DNA of 63,594 nt, filler included. It is 11 parts of 11 records of this genome, joined end to end, with 100 filler letters (N's around TTAATTAATTAA, not from the genome) between each part and the next. Parts side by side here need not be neighbours in the genome. Positions count along the whole stretch, not along the records: positions 27,577 to 32,996 come from SRR31147125_83985; positions 33,097 to 38,561 come from SRR31147125_84033; positions 38,662 to 45,796 come from SRR31147125_84056; 8 more parts are not named here. One strand, written 5' to 3'. The notes under the pieces were generated by a model, which saw nothing but the letters and a program-made list of their open reading frames with translations, was not told the DNA's origin and did no database searches. Both the position numbers and the translations under genes were made by a program. How positions within the stretch are numbered: position 1 is the first letter of the stretch; each line of letters begins with the position of its first letter. Below are positions 31,588-41,524 of this stretch, piece by piece.

Positions 31588-31933
31588 CTACTCCCTCACG
31601 TGACACTGCCCGCATGTAACAGGCCCGGCGGTTTTGCCGGCTCTTTTCTCGGCCTTGTGGCATTTGATGCAGAGCGTGTTCATCACCTTTTTTCTTTTTC
31701 AGCTCGCCGCTGGTTTTGAGCCGTTCAATGCTGCCTTTCTCCTGAGGAAAGACACCATGGCAGACAAGGCAGTCCTGCAGTCGGTTCTGGTGATCTCCAT
31801 GCGTAAAAGGCACAGGCCCGCGGCTACCGCCTTGAAGCGTCATTTGGGCCGCGCCTTTATCTACTTGCGCCTGAACACCAAAGGCAGTGACAAACGCCAA
31901 TACAACAACCGCCATAACATAGATGCGAATCAT
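31588..31933 (-). CDS. small periplasmic triheme cytochrome c (c3/c7-like), frameshift in A-run near 31690
   Basis: Signal peptide, VPFTHGDH, CLVCH; removing one A gives ...KKKVMNTLCIKCHKAEKRAGKTAGPVTCGQCHVRE-stop. Confidence 0.85.
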
Positions 31934-32021
31934 GCGCCATCTCTCTCGGGTATGTTTATACATCTAACAGATGCGTATCCGGTGCCGTATAGCAACTCCG
32001 GACAGCCTCTTCCTCAATCAA

Positions 32022-32207
32022 TTAGGCCTCGCCATCCAGTGTGCATTGCGAAAAATCGATCTCTTTTCCACAGCTGTCGCATTTGTGGGCTTTGTGAAAT
32101 TCATCCGAGAAAATCTCTTTGGATGCCCCGCATTCCGGACATTTACACACAAACGATTTAAGGTTTCGAAAACTTTCAAACCCCGGGCAATGTTGAGGTG
32201 TGGACAT
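32022..32207 (-). CDS. small Zn-ribbon/rubredoxin-like Cys-rich protein (61 aa)
   Basis: HCPGF...CKCPECG..KEIFSDE...KCDSCG...C; RBS GAGGGAGG. Confidence 0.8.
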   Translation of the reverse strand: MSTPQHCPGFESFRNLKSFVCKCPECGASKEIFSDEFHKAHKCDSCGKEIDFSQCTLDGEA

Positions 32208-32241
32208 GTCTCCCTCCCTCGTCGTGACAGATGGTTATGGT

Positions 32242-32397
32242 CTACTTGATGCGCGTATCTTTTCCGCCAACAGCGCAATCAGGTGTATAGCAGCTGTTGT
32301 CCAGAAACTCGCACGTCTCTTTACACGATGGGCATTTTTCCGGCGGCCGATCGGCCTCCAGTTCATAACCGCAGTTACCGCATTTCCAACTGGCCAT
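32242..32397 (-). CDS. 51-aa rubredoxin-like protein with extra Cys tail (missed by the ORF track)
   Basis: MASWKCGNCGYELEADRPPEKCPSCKETCEFLDNSCYTPDCAVGGKDTRIK; RBS AAGGGGG. Confidence 0.85.
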   Translation of the reverse strand: MASWKCGNCGYELEADRPPEKCPSCKETCEFLDNSCYTPDCAVGGKDTRIK

Positions 32398-32510
32398 ATC
32401 ATCACCCCCTTGTTCAATTGGTGGGTTGATTCGGAAGGGGTGACCCGGGCCCCGTTTGGTTTCAGGGGCCCGGCCTTCCTGAAAACGAAAAACAGTGTAA
32501 CCGGGAAGCG

Positions 32511-32885
32511 TTAAGCTTTCCAGTGTCCGTGCAGGTTGCAGTATTCCCGCGCGGTGATGCCGGCGGCCTCAACCATGAAGGTGGCTTCGGGTGCCTGCCC
32601 CGGCTCGAGGAACTGCCGGTAGGCCTTTCCATCGGCGACGATCTCGATCCACTCGATGTAGTGCTTCTCTTCCATGGGATGGGCGACGCTGCCCACTTTA
32701 ACCTTGACGCCGCCATCGATTTTCTCGATGACCGGTACATGCTTTTCCTGAGCCGCATCGACCGTATTCTCTTTGAGACATTCCATAGGCTGGCCGCAGC
32801 ATACCAATTCACCGGCGCCGGCATGTAATACTTCCACAATGTTTCCGCATAGGTTGCACTTATAAACTTCCAACCTTTCAGTCAT
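32511..32885 (-). CDS. dfx: desulfoferrodoxin (2Fe superoxide reductase)
   Basis: [21 protein letters not shown]...HYIEWI, YCNLHG. Confidence 0.97.
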   Translation of the reverse strand: MTERLEVYKCNLCGNIVEVLHAGAGELVCCGQPMECLKENTVDAAQEKHVPVIEKIDGGVKVKVGSVAHPMEEKHYIEWIEIVADGKAYRQFLEPGQAPEATFMVEAAGITAREYCNLHGHWKA

Positions 32886-32942
32886 CTTCTTTTCCTCCTC
32901 TTTTTGGGAAAATGGATTAAATTGTTAAAGTGGACGATTCGC

Positions 32943-32996
32943 CTACCAGTTCTCACCCAACAACTCAAAATGAGCCTGGGGATGGGCACAGGCCGG
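32943..32996 (-). CDS. rbr: rubrerythrin, extreme C-terminus only
   Basis: PACAHPQAHFELLGENW-stop, the canonical rubrerythrin ending. Confidence 0.8.
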   Translation of the reverse strand, partial: PACAHPQAHFELLGENW

Positions 32997-33096
32997 NNNN
33001 NNNNNNNNNNNNNNNNNNNNNNNNNNNNNNNNNNNNNNNNTTAATTAATTAANNNNNNNNNNNNNNNNNNNNNNNNNNNNNNNNNNNNNNNNNNNN
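32997..33096. other. artificial contig spacer
   Basis: N-run with TTAATTAATTAA. Confidence 0.99.
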
Positions 33097-33795
33097 CGTA
33101 AAACGTATTATTCAAGGTTCCCTATAGTTTGTCTTGGGAACGGGGTCTCTGTTAAAGAAGCTCGCTTCGCGCTGCACGGTGCCAATCTCTGCCTTTCAGA
33201 TCTGTCGATAAGCGCTGTGGTTGCGCTGAGAAGGTTATTACAACCACTCGGACACAACGATAAAATAACCTATTGTTCTATAGACGCATACACCCTGCCA
33301 TTTGCGGACAACACCGTTGATATTGTATACGGCTTTGGCTTTGTACACCATCTCAACGACAAAGTAACATTTTTGCACGAAACCCTTCGCGTACTGAAAA
33401 AGGGAGGGATGTGTATCTTTTTCGATGATGCGTACTCCCCCTTTTGGCATACTTTGAAAACGACTCTCCTCCGACCATTGATGAAATATTCCCATAGGAA
33501 AACGGGGATATCTCCAGAGGACATCAGGGCGACTTATGAGGGTGGATTCAGGGAGAAGGAAATTCAAAGACTAGGTAAAATTTGCGGCTTTGAAGATGAG
33601 TACTTTTTCCACAGAAGTGAATTGCTGGGGTATCTGTGGATACGTGGGATGCAAAAATTATTTTATCTTTCCCGTAACCAGCAATTTTTCAGTATACCGG
33701 CTCACATTTTCGCATACCTGGATACATTCCTGGGAAAGCTATTACCAGTTTACAGAAACAATATGATCAGGCTGGTATGGGGGTTCCAGAAGTAA
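33097..33795 (+). CDS. class I SAM-dependent methyltransferase (5' partial)
   Basis: Frame open from the contig start: CLGNG, SDLS, DAYTLPFADNTVD, HHL, ETLRVLKKGG. Confidence 0.85.
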   Translation, partial: RKTYYSRFPIVCLGNGVSVKEARFALHGANLCLSDLSISAVVALRRLLQPLGHNDKITYCSIDAYTLPFADNTVDIVYGFGFVHHLNDKVTFLHETLRVLKKGGMCIFFDDAYSPFWHTLKTTLLRPLMKYSHRKTGISPEDIRATYEGGFREKEIQRLGKICGFEDEYFFHRSELLGYLWIRGMQKLFYLSRNQQFFSIPAHIFAYLDTFLGKLLPVYRNNMIRLVWGFQK

Positions 33796-33941
33796 CTTCA
33801 GACACTGCTGCAAACGCATGAGCTATCCACACCCCATACGACTCTGACCACTCACCATGCTTCTTAGTCAAAGCTTGCTGATAAAGTGAAATTTATGCTG
33901 GTTTAACGAATAATTACTGACCCATAAATCGAAACTACAAC

Positions 33942-35079
33942 ATGAACATTCAACATTTGAACCCTCCCGTAGAGAGGTGGAGCAATGCTGAGGCTTCTCG
34001 ATACAGGGTTACTGTTCTATCCACCGAGTATAAATCCAAAGCCGGAGGAATAGCGAACGCCATGCCTGGCTATCTTGAAGCCTTGCAGGTTCAGGGCCTA
34101 TTAGTCTCGCATATCACCACACATATCTCGGGGGGATTACTTGGTAAAGGTCGTCCACTGCTAACTGCGCCAGCCAAGATAAAAAATGAAATATTCAGAA
34201 TTCAAAAAATGGGATATATTCCCGTTGCCTACGCACATGCCGGAGAATCGGTTTCATTTCTTAGAAAGATATACCTGCTGTCAGTTGCTCGAAAGGCAGG
34301 AGCAAAAACAGTACTTCATCTGCACGGGGGGAGTCGGTAGTTGGTTAGAAAATAGATGGTTAAGAAAGCCTTTTCTACATGCATTATCCTCAGTAGATAT
34401 AGTGTGTATTTTAACAAATTACTGGAAAGAGCGAATAGGCCAATACAATAGTGCAATAACTCTGCATGTAATACCAAATCCCAACCCTATTGATGTCAAT
34501 TTTTCTATTAAAGAAAAAACAATGTCCAAGGGAGCATCACCGGAGCAGATTACAATACTTGCGATGTCAAGACTTGAAAAGGGTAAAGGATTTGAAGCGA
34601 CAATCAGGGCAGTTGCTCAATTACCAATGCACTATACGTTGAAAATTGCTGGAGATGGCTCACACAGTCCATATTTACGACAATTAGTATACGAACTTGG
34701 CATTCAAGAAAGAGTTGAATTTTGCGGCTGGGTTAAAGAAGATAGGAAAATTGAACTGCTACGCAACTCTGATATTTTTTGTCTTCCTTCTCAATATGAT
34801 TCTTTTGGCTTGGTATATGTGGAAGCGATGCACTTTGCACTCCCGATAATCGCCTTAAATTGGGGGCCAATCCCGGATGTTGTCCCAAGCGGAAAAGCTG
34901 GGAAATTGATTGGCGGTCAGTGTCCGGACCACATAGCAGATGCAATTTTACAAATGGAGAATCCAGAAATACGACACCAACTGGGTTCCGCCGGTAAAAA
35001 ATGGGTTGAGAAACATTTTTCCACAGACTCTGTAGGCAACGCCCTGTTGTACAGTTTTAATACACTGAACGATAATTAA
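33942..35079 (+). CDS. GT4 family glycosyltransferase, frameshift in G7 near 34326
   Basis: GGIA, VLHLHGG, SRLEKGKG, SDIFCLPSQYDSFGLVYVEAM. Confidence 0.9.
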
Positions 35080-35091
35080 GCCCCTATACTT

Positions 35092-36297
35092 ATGTCTCCC
35101 CCTTCGAGCAAGATGTCAGATACAGAAGTTAGGGCAACACGCACTCTGGGCCAACTGTATAACTACTGTGAGTCAAATCAGTTTGCCGGTTATGACCCAT
35201 TCGATGCGCTTAACAGCCCTATCCTTAATAAATTAACTTTTGGACAGAGATATGGACGGATAGTATGGATTCAATTCATGAAGCGTTTCCCGTTCAACCT
35301 TCGTCCCTTGCTGCTCACCCGCAAAGGTCATAATCCAAAAGGTTTGGGGCTTTTTCTGGGCGGACTTTCTAACCTGTACAAACTCAATCCGTATCCCAAG
35401 TATCTGGAACAGATTCGTACATTTCTCATCTTGCTTGAAGAGCTAAAAAGTCAGGGATACTCGGGGAACTGCTGGGGATATAATTTCAACTGGCAATCCA
35501 GGGCTTTTTTTGTACCCCAAAATACACCAACAATTGTCAATACAGCCTTTATTGGCCACGCGCTACTTGATACGTTCGATGCCACCAAGGAACAGATGGC
35601 CCAGGATATGGCACTGAACATAAAGGATTTTATCCTTCATGACCTCAACAGAACCAAGGATGGTGATACTTTCTGTTTCAGCTATACTCCTGTTGACCAG
35701 TCAGTTGTGCACAATGCAAATCTTCTGGGTGCTTCACTCTTAATACGTCTCTACACTATTACAGGGGAATCTGTATTAAAGGAGACAGCCCTCGAAAGTT
35801 TAGCCTATACCATGAAGTATCAACGTGAAGACGGGTCCTGGCACTATGCTGAAACAAAAATGCAAAGTTGGGTCGATTCCTTCCATACTGCTTTCAACCT
35901 TGAAGGTCTCAGGAGTTTTCTCCATGTTGGAGAAGCAAAAGAGTATGCAATTTCATACAGGAAGGGGGTGGATTTTTATGTGAATAGCTTCTTTTTACAA
36001 GATGGAACCCCAAAGTATTACCACAACCGAGTACATCCCATTGACATCCATTCTCCTGCCGAAGCTGTAAGGTTCCTGTCTGGGGAAGGCGATAGATATA
36101 AAGTCCTTGTTGATAAAATTCTTCATTGGATGCTCATTAACATGTTCGACACAAAGGGCTACTTCTATTACAGGAAGGGCCGTAGATTCAATAATAAGAT
36201 CTCATACATGCGCTGGAGCCAGGCCTGGTGTTTTAATGCTCTAGCTAAATATATTTGCCAAAGAAAATTAAGACTTCATGAAACCAAAGCGAATTGA
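35092..36297 (+). CDS. conserved polysaccharide-locus protein, probable (alpha/alpha)6 AGE/six-hairpin fold
   Basis: GYDPFDALNS, WGYNFNWQSR, FSYTP..VHNAN, DSFHTAFNL, PIDIH, YMRWSQAW. Confidence 0.7.
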   Translation: MSPPSSKMSDTEVRATRTLGQLYNYCESNQFAGYDPFDALNSPILNKLTFGQRYGRIVWIQFMKRFPFNLRPLLLTRKGHNPKGLGLFLGGLSNLYKLNPYPKYLEQIRTFLILLEELKSQGYSGNCWGYNFNWQSRAFFVPQNTPTIVNTAFIGHALLDTFDATKEQMAQDMALNIKDFILHDLNRTKDGDTFCFSYTPVDQSVVHNANLLGASLLIRLYTITGESVLKETALESLAYTMKYQREDGSWHYAETKMQSWVDSFHTAFNLEGLRSFLHVGEAKEYAISYRKGVDFYVNSFFLQDGTPKYYHNRVHPIDIHSPAEAVRFLSGEGDRYKVLVDKILHWMLINMFDTKGYFYYRKGRRFNNKISYMRWSQAWCFNALAKYICQRKLRLHETKAN

Positions 36298-37063
36298 TGT
36301 GCTGGGAGTTCCTATGGACGTTGTCGATATGCCCAAGGCCATTGAGACTGCAGATGCTCTTATTAACAGCACTAAAACTTCGTGTTGCATATTGGCAGTC
36401 AATCCGTTGAAGATACTCCACTTGAGAAAAGATGACTCTCTCCTACAATTTTATCACAAGGCAGCTCTTTTGATTCCTGATGGAATTGGGGCTGTCTGGG
36501 CGTCACGTATGCTTTTAGGGATAAATACGATAACACGTGTTACCGGGGCAGACTTGATGCTCAATCTCTGTTCTCTTGCGGCAAAGAATAACTATAAAGT
36601 TTTTATCTATGGTTCACGGGAAGAGGTGAGTTCGCGTGCGGCCCAGATACTGCGAAGCCGCTATCCCGGTATGGAACTCGTTGGTCGACAAAACGGATAC
36701 CTCCCCCCTGAAAAGATGGGTTCTCTAGTAAAGAGTATAAATGAATCCAGTGCACAGATACTGTTTGTTGCTCTTGGCAGCCCCCAGCAGGAACAATGGA
36801 TTTCTCAGTTTGCGGACAAATTACAGGTAAAAGTAATTCAGGGTATTGGGGGATCTCTCGACACTATTACGGGGCATGTGAAACGGGCCCCTTTAGCCTG
36901 GCAAAACCTACGCCTTGAGTGGTTTTATAGACTTGTACATGAGCCCAAACGAATAAGGAGACATATATGGCTCCCATATTTTGTTTGCATCGTTTTATGG
37001 AAGAAAATGATACTTGGGCGCACTCACCTGGTAAATTACTGGAACAGAAAATATATCCGCTGA
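36278..37063 (+). CDS. WecG/TagA/CpsF (GT26) glycosyltransferase
   Basis: VNP, PDGIG, RVTGADL, VALGSPQQEQWI, GIGGSLD, RAP, LEWFYRL..EPKR. Confidence 0.95.
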   Translation: MKPKRIDVLGVPMDVVDMPKAIETADALINSTKTSCCILAVNPLKILHLRKDDSLLQFYHKAALLIPDGIGAVWASRMLLGINTITRVTGADLMLNLCSLAAKNNYKVFIYGSREEVSSRAAQILRSRYPGMELVGRQNGYLPPEKMGSLVKSINESSAQILFVALGSPQQEQWISQFADKLQVKVIQGIGGSLDTITGHVKRAPLAWQNLRLEWFYRLVHEPKRIRRHIWLPYFVCIVLWKKMILGRTHLVNYWNRKYIR

Positions 37064-37535
37064 GACCCCAGTCTCACCGTTCAGCATCCAGCAACATCCT
37101 CACCAGGTGCTGGCCGAGCAGATACATGGTTCTCGCATGAACCGAAAGTTCCTTAAGAGAAATGGCATCAGATTTGGTGGTATAGCATTTGGCAGTATGT
37201 TGGAGGAAACTGCAGAAAATGCCGAGTTGATTGGTAAGATGAAAATTCAGCGTATCCAGGACAGCAGAGAGAGGATTCCAACTGAAGGTAAATTCGGACA
37301 AGGCTAGAACGATTATCGATTCAACTATATCCGAGCCACGCTGAAAAAACCTCAGAAGACAGATTCAAGGTTCCCTTTAGTTTTCTTGTCATCATTATGG
37401 ATGTTTTATTAGGTAACTTGTTGCGCTAGGCGGCTACCGAACTGGATGGTGCTTGATAATACGTAGTTTTTCTGAGGAAGTTCTAGATATTTTGAGATGT
37501 GGGCTACGAATGTTGATATACCCATCAAAAGCTGA

Positions 37536-38348
37536 ATGGTTGTAGGTGCAGGGCTTGCCATTACTCACCGTGTTAATCCAACGATATGCAAAAGAACCAG
37601 TTTAAATATGCTCAATATAACCATCCAAAAGGCAATTAGAAAAACGATAAAACTGCTAGTATCGGAGCCTTCAATACCGAACGAAGCAGTCAATTTTGGT
37701 AAGCAATGTATTTTCGTTGCAGTGCCAAAGACAGGAACAACGACGGTTCGATCCCAGCTTAAACAGCAAGGCATTCCTTTGATTGAAAACCAACATCTAA
37801 ACATAATCCAAATTCGGGATTGCCTATATTTCTATTTCTTAAAACAAGCACTTGGTAATAATGAGAGTTTCCCATCTGGGGCTATTCTGTCAGATGAAGA
37901 CATCCGTTCAAAAGCTAAAGGAATTTTTGATAGTTTTTTTAAATTCTCAGCTGTGCGTAATCCTTGGGCTAGAGCGGTATCACTTTATTCAAGGCGTGAG
38001 AGAGTGAAAGCAAAACGCAAGATATCATTTGAAGACTTCTGCAAAAAACACATTTATGCTAGTGACACCTGTTATCATCCAACATTACATAAAAATCAAT
38101 TGGACTGGCTGTGCGACGAAAATGGACAGTGTGTAATGGATTATGTCTATAGATTAGAGGACTTCCATATAGCAATTCAAGAAATTGCAGAGCGAACAAA
38201 TGGTCGAGTTCTGCTTAAGGCAAAGCATGCTAATCAGAATCCCTGTTCTGGCTCTCGTGCATATAGAGATTTGTACACAAACGAAACTAAAAAAATGATT
38301 GCCAAGAGATTTGAAAGAGACATAGATAGCTTCAAATATACTTTTTGA
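37536..38348 (+). CDS. Sulfotransfer_2 family sulfotransferase
   Basis: 5'-PSB motif FVAVPKTGTT, 3'-PB motif FKFSAVRNPWARAVSLY, C-terminal D...F.Y.F; true start may be downstream (ATG 37608). Confidence 0.85.
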   Translation: MVVGAGLAITHRVNPTICKRTSLNMLNITIQKAIRKTIKLLVSEPSIPNEAVNFGKQCIFVAVPKTGTTTVRSQLKQQGIPLIENQHLNIIQIRDCLYFYFLKQALGNNESFPSGAILSDEDIRSKAKGIFDSFFKFSAVRNPWARAVSLYSRRERVKAKRKISFEDFCKKHIYASDTCYHPTLHKNQLDWLCDENGQCVMDYVYRLEDFHIAIQEIAERTNGRVLLKAKHANQNPCSGSRAYRDLYTNETKKMIAKRFERDIDSFKYTF

Positions 38349-38420
38349 ACTCTTTAGCAGGCAAGGCATCCATCTCAGTCCTGAACACGGTAATAGCGGT
38401 AAAGTGGTAATAATAGTAAT

Positions 38421-38440
38421 AATAGGGGACAGACCACGTT
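38421..38440 (+). repeat. REP-like motif of the type that flanks RAYT transposase genes
   Basis: AATAGGGGACAGACCACGTT; recognised from memory, single copy here. Confidence 0.4.
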
Positions 38441-38561
38441 TTTACGAACAGCCATAAACGGTAGTTTGCTTGGACGACAACAGGGAACAGAGCACGGTAA
38501 TTAAATTGTAATAGCCTCTGATTAGAATGAATTTACATCTTTTAGTTCCGATTTGATCTGA

Positions 38562-38661
38562 NNNNNNNNNNNNNNNNNNNNNNNNNNNNNNNNNNNNNNN
38601 NNNNNTTAATTAATTAANNNNNNNNNNNNNNNNNNNNNNNNNNNNNNNNNNNNNNNNNNNN
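38562..38661. other. artificial contig spacer
   Basis: N-run with TTAATTAATTAA. Confidence 0.99.
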
Positions 38662-40544
38662 AAAGCCTTTGCCATTGTCTTTGATGCGGATGACGATATC
38701 CGGCGAGGAGGCAACCAACCGAATGGTCACTTGGTTGGCCTCGGCATGGCGTTTGGTGTTGTTCAAGGCTTCCTGAATCAAGCGGTAGATGTTGATTTCC
38801 GTTTCGTATTCGAGGTTTAGTTCATCCATGCCAGCCGCCGCGAAATCAATTTCACGGCGCTGGATTTAGAAAAATCCTCGCAATACAGATAGAGTGTTTT
38901 GACCAGCCCCAACTGATCCAATCCCGGGGGACGGAGGTCGTAGGCCATGTCCCTGACCGCCGCGATGGAGCGATGCAGAATATCGGAAAGCCTTGCAACC
39001 TTATCCCTGGTTTCGGCCCCTTGATTGGTGAACAAGGTTTCTAAACTGATCTTCAGGGTGGAGAGATCCTGGGCAATGTGGTCATGCAAGTCCTGGGAGA
39101 TTCTCAGTCGCTCGTTTTCCTGGGCCTTGATCAATTGGTGAGTCAGAAATTGCACCTGTTCCTGAGCCTGTTTGCGCTGCGTCACATCCACGCCGACGCT
39201 CAAGATTTCAACAATACGGCCTTTTTTATCCCGAATGGGATTGTTGGTCCAAGCAATCCAGGCCCGCGAACCGTCCCTGCGCGCATTTTCGATTTCATAG
39301 GTGGGATAGTGTTCCGGATGCTTCAAAAAATCGATCATCAAGGCGCGATAATCCCGTCCCGAAGAGGACCTCCACGGAATGATGCTGCCCAAAATGTTCA
39401 GCCCGATGATTTCGTTTTCGGAAAATCCGAAAAATTTACGGGCGTATTCACTTAAAAAAGTTAGATGGCCAAGTTGATCATAGCGTACGATAATGCTGTT
39501 GGTGTTTTGAACCAAATGCCTGTATTTCGCTTCGCTGCGACGCAGGGCAGCCTCGGATCGCTTGCGGGCGGTGATATCCCTGGCAATGGTATGGGCGCAG
39601 GTTTTACCGCTGAATACAATTTTGCGGCTGCTGAACTCGGCAAAGATGGTAAACCCGTCCTTGCGGGCAATCTGGACTTCGCCGGAGATGGATTGGCCGG
39701 ACAAGATGCGTTTGAAAAAATCACTGTGCCGTTCGGGATCCACTTTGGCGTAGAGATCAAAAATTCTGTGTTTTTTAAGTTCAGCCGGGCGATATCCCGT
39801 CAGCAGGGAGGCACTGCGGTTAAATATGAGCAACGATCCATCGGCGCCGCTAATGAAAATTGCATCCCGGGAACCGTCGAAAATGATACGGTGGCGTTCT
39901 TGGCTTTCCCTTAAGGATTTTTCAATTTTTTTTCGTTCTTCAATTTCGTTGAGCAAATGTTCATTTATCAGCGTCAGGTCTCGAGTCCGTGAGCGGACCA
40001 GTTCTTCAAGATTGCGGCGGTGCTGTTCCAATTCCTCTTCCGCTTCCTTGCGCCGATGTATATCGATGATCATCCCGAATTTGGATATGGCGCCGTCCGG
40101 ATGAAAGATGGGCGTGTCAATGATGTAATACCACCGTTGATCTTTGGGGCTTTTAACCTCCCAGTGAACGGTTTCCCCCTTGAAGACGCGTTTGTTGCAG
40201 CACCAGGGGCAAACCTTGTCCAGATTGTGCAATACCTTGTGGCACAGCTGACCGGTGCCATCAAAGCCCGTGCGCTGAATCAGCCGCTCGTTCATGAACT
40301 CTATGCAATAATTTTTGTCGCATACATACACGAAACCATCAAAGGCTTGAATAATCGCGGATAATTGAAGGTCCCGTTCCTTCAGTACATCTTGCGGCGG
40401 TCGGTGGTCGGCGGAAGGGGTCTCCAAATGAACGTTGGGCGTTTCCGCGCTATGATACGCTTTTGCGGGCATAGCGAGATAGGTGAGTCGGCTCGGCGCA
40501 TTCATTTGGATTATATTTCCTATGGTTGGGTGACGCTGAGTCAT
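38662..40544 (-). CDS. triple-PAS sensor histidine kinase (HisKA_3/NarX-UhpB type), frameshift near 38850, 3' truncated
   Basis: Three PAS/PAC repeats; AQENERLRISQDLHDHIAQ, LRPPGLDQLGL; IYRLIQEALNN..RHA and IKDNGKGF in the second frame. Confidence 0.9.
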
Positions 40545-40644
40545 TTCTGGGATATTATAACAACCATCAAAGTTATCCCAGAACCCTTACGCTGAAAAGA
40601 AAAAACTTTGAAAAAAACCAAATATTCGGTAGAACAGCATTCCA

Positions 40645-41064
40645 GTGCCAAACGATAGGTGTCAGGTGACCGATGGCCCTCCCATGAAGGTGGAGAATAA
40701 CAGCGCGAACGAACTTCGGCAAGCTGTGATTAGCTACGCCCAAAGTGAGAAGGTGAAATCCGGTTTGATATGGGTGTGCCAGGTTTCCCAGCAGGTGGCC
40801 GCCATGGATCCTATCGCCCGTAAGCACGGGGTGCGCCTTTTACGTACGCTGGCACACATGGTTGGTGATGAGGCGCTGATAGCGGGTAGAATCACCGGTG
40901 ACCGGCACTGGCGTGAAATCAGCCAGAAAATCAACATGGCATTGGTGATGATTCAATCCGGTGTCCCCCAGGAGGCCTCTTATCACCTGACCCAGGCGCT
41001 GACCCAGGTCACTCGTCTCGGTGGCCAGGCCGCGGTACTGCTCAAGGGAAATGGGTTGTTTTAG
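40645..41064 (+). CDS. hypothetical helical protein
   Basis: 139-aa ORF (QSEKVKSGLIW...); start uncertain. Confidence 0.6.
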   Translation: MPNDRCQVTDGPPMKVENNSANELRQAVISYAQSEKVKSGLIWVCQVSQQVAAMDPIARKHGVRLLRTLAHMVGDEALIAGRITGDRHWREISQKINMALVMIQSGVPQEASYHLTQALTQVTRLGGQAAVLLKGNGLF

Positions 41065-41184
41065 GGGGGCGCGAAACGCATCCTCATCGTGGATGAACAT
41101 CCGGGATCAAGCTGGAGAGGAACGTTTAGTCCAAATGCATTGAAAAAATAAACAAGCAAACCGTCATACTTACTGGAGAGGATC

Positions 41185-41520
41185 ATGTCCATTCGCATCG
41201 TTTATATGACTGCCGGCAATGTGGACGAGGCCGCTCGAATAGCCAAATCCCTGATTCAACGGCGTTTGGCCGCTTGCGTGAACATCATTGACGGGATGCG
41301 CGCTGTTTTCGAATGGGAAGGAACGCTTCAGGACGAGCGGGAGGTTGTGATGATCGCCAAAACGCACGCCGATTGTCTGCCTCAACTGGTGGCAGCGGTC
41401 AAGGCGTTGCATGGCGATGAGTGCCCCTGTATTGTTGAATTGGCGGTATCCGGTGGCAATAACGCATTTTTGGATTGGGTTGGCTCGCAGGTCACCCCTC
41501 CACCATCGAAGGACGATTAA
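41185..41520 (+). CDS. cutA: divalent-cation tolerance protein CutA
   Basis: EAARIAKSL..RLAACVNI, FEWEG, E.VMIAKT, ECPCI. Confidence 0.93.
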   Translation: MSIRIVYMTAGNVDEAARIAKSLIQRRLAACVNIIDGMRAVFEWEGTLQDEREVVMIAKTHADCLPQLVAAVKALHGDECPCIVELAVSGGNNAFLDWVGSQVTPPPSKDD

Positions 41521-41524
41521 CGGC

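Noticed and set aside
32235-32417. 60-aa ORF listed in the track (MNKGVMIW...)
   Set aside because: It is a shadow of the real 51-aa Cys-rich gene at 32242-32397 in another frame.
28719-32996. Selenocysteine or pyrrolysine read-through in the redox genes
   Set aside because: No in-frame TGA or TAG at catalytic positions; the proteins end at expected family lengths.
34320-34335. G7 tract in the GT4 gene as a phase-variation switch
   Set aside because: The tract is short and encodes the conserved HGG motif, and the dataset has a high homopolymer error rate. Read-level data would be needed.
11386-38860. Many split genes (cyclase, yhdH, 13.5-kb membrane gene, HI0933, 27.9-kb gene, cytochrome c, GT4, PAS kinase) as programmed frameshifts or pseudogenes
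   Set aside because: These are single-base indels, mostly in homopolymer runs, spread over unrelated contigs with otherwise intact genes. This is typical of pyrosequencing-type error.
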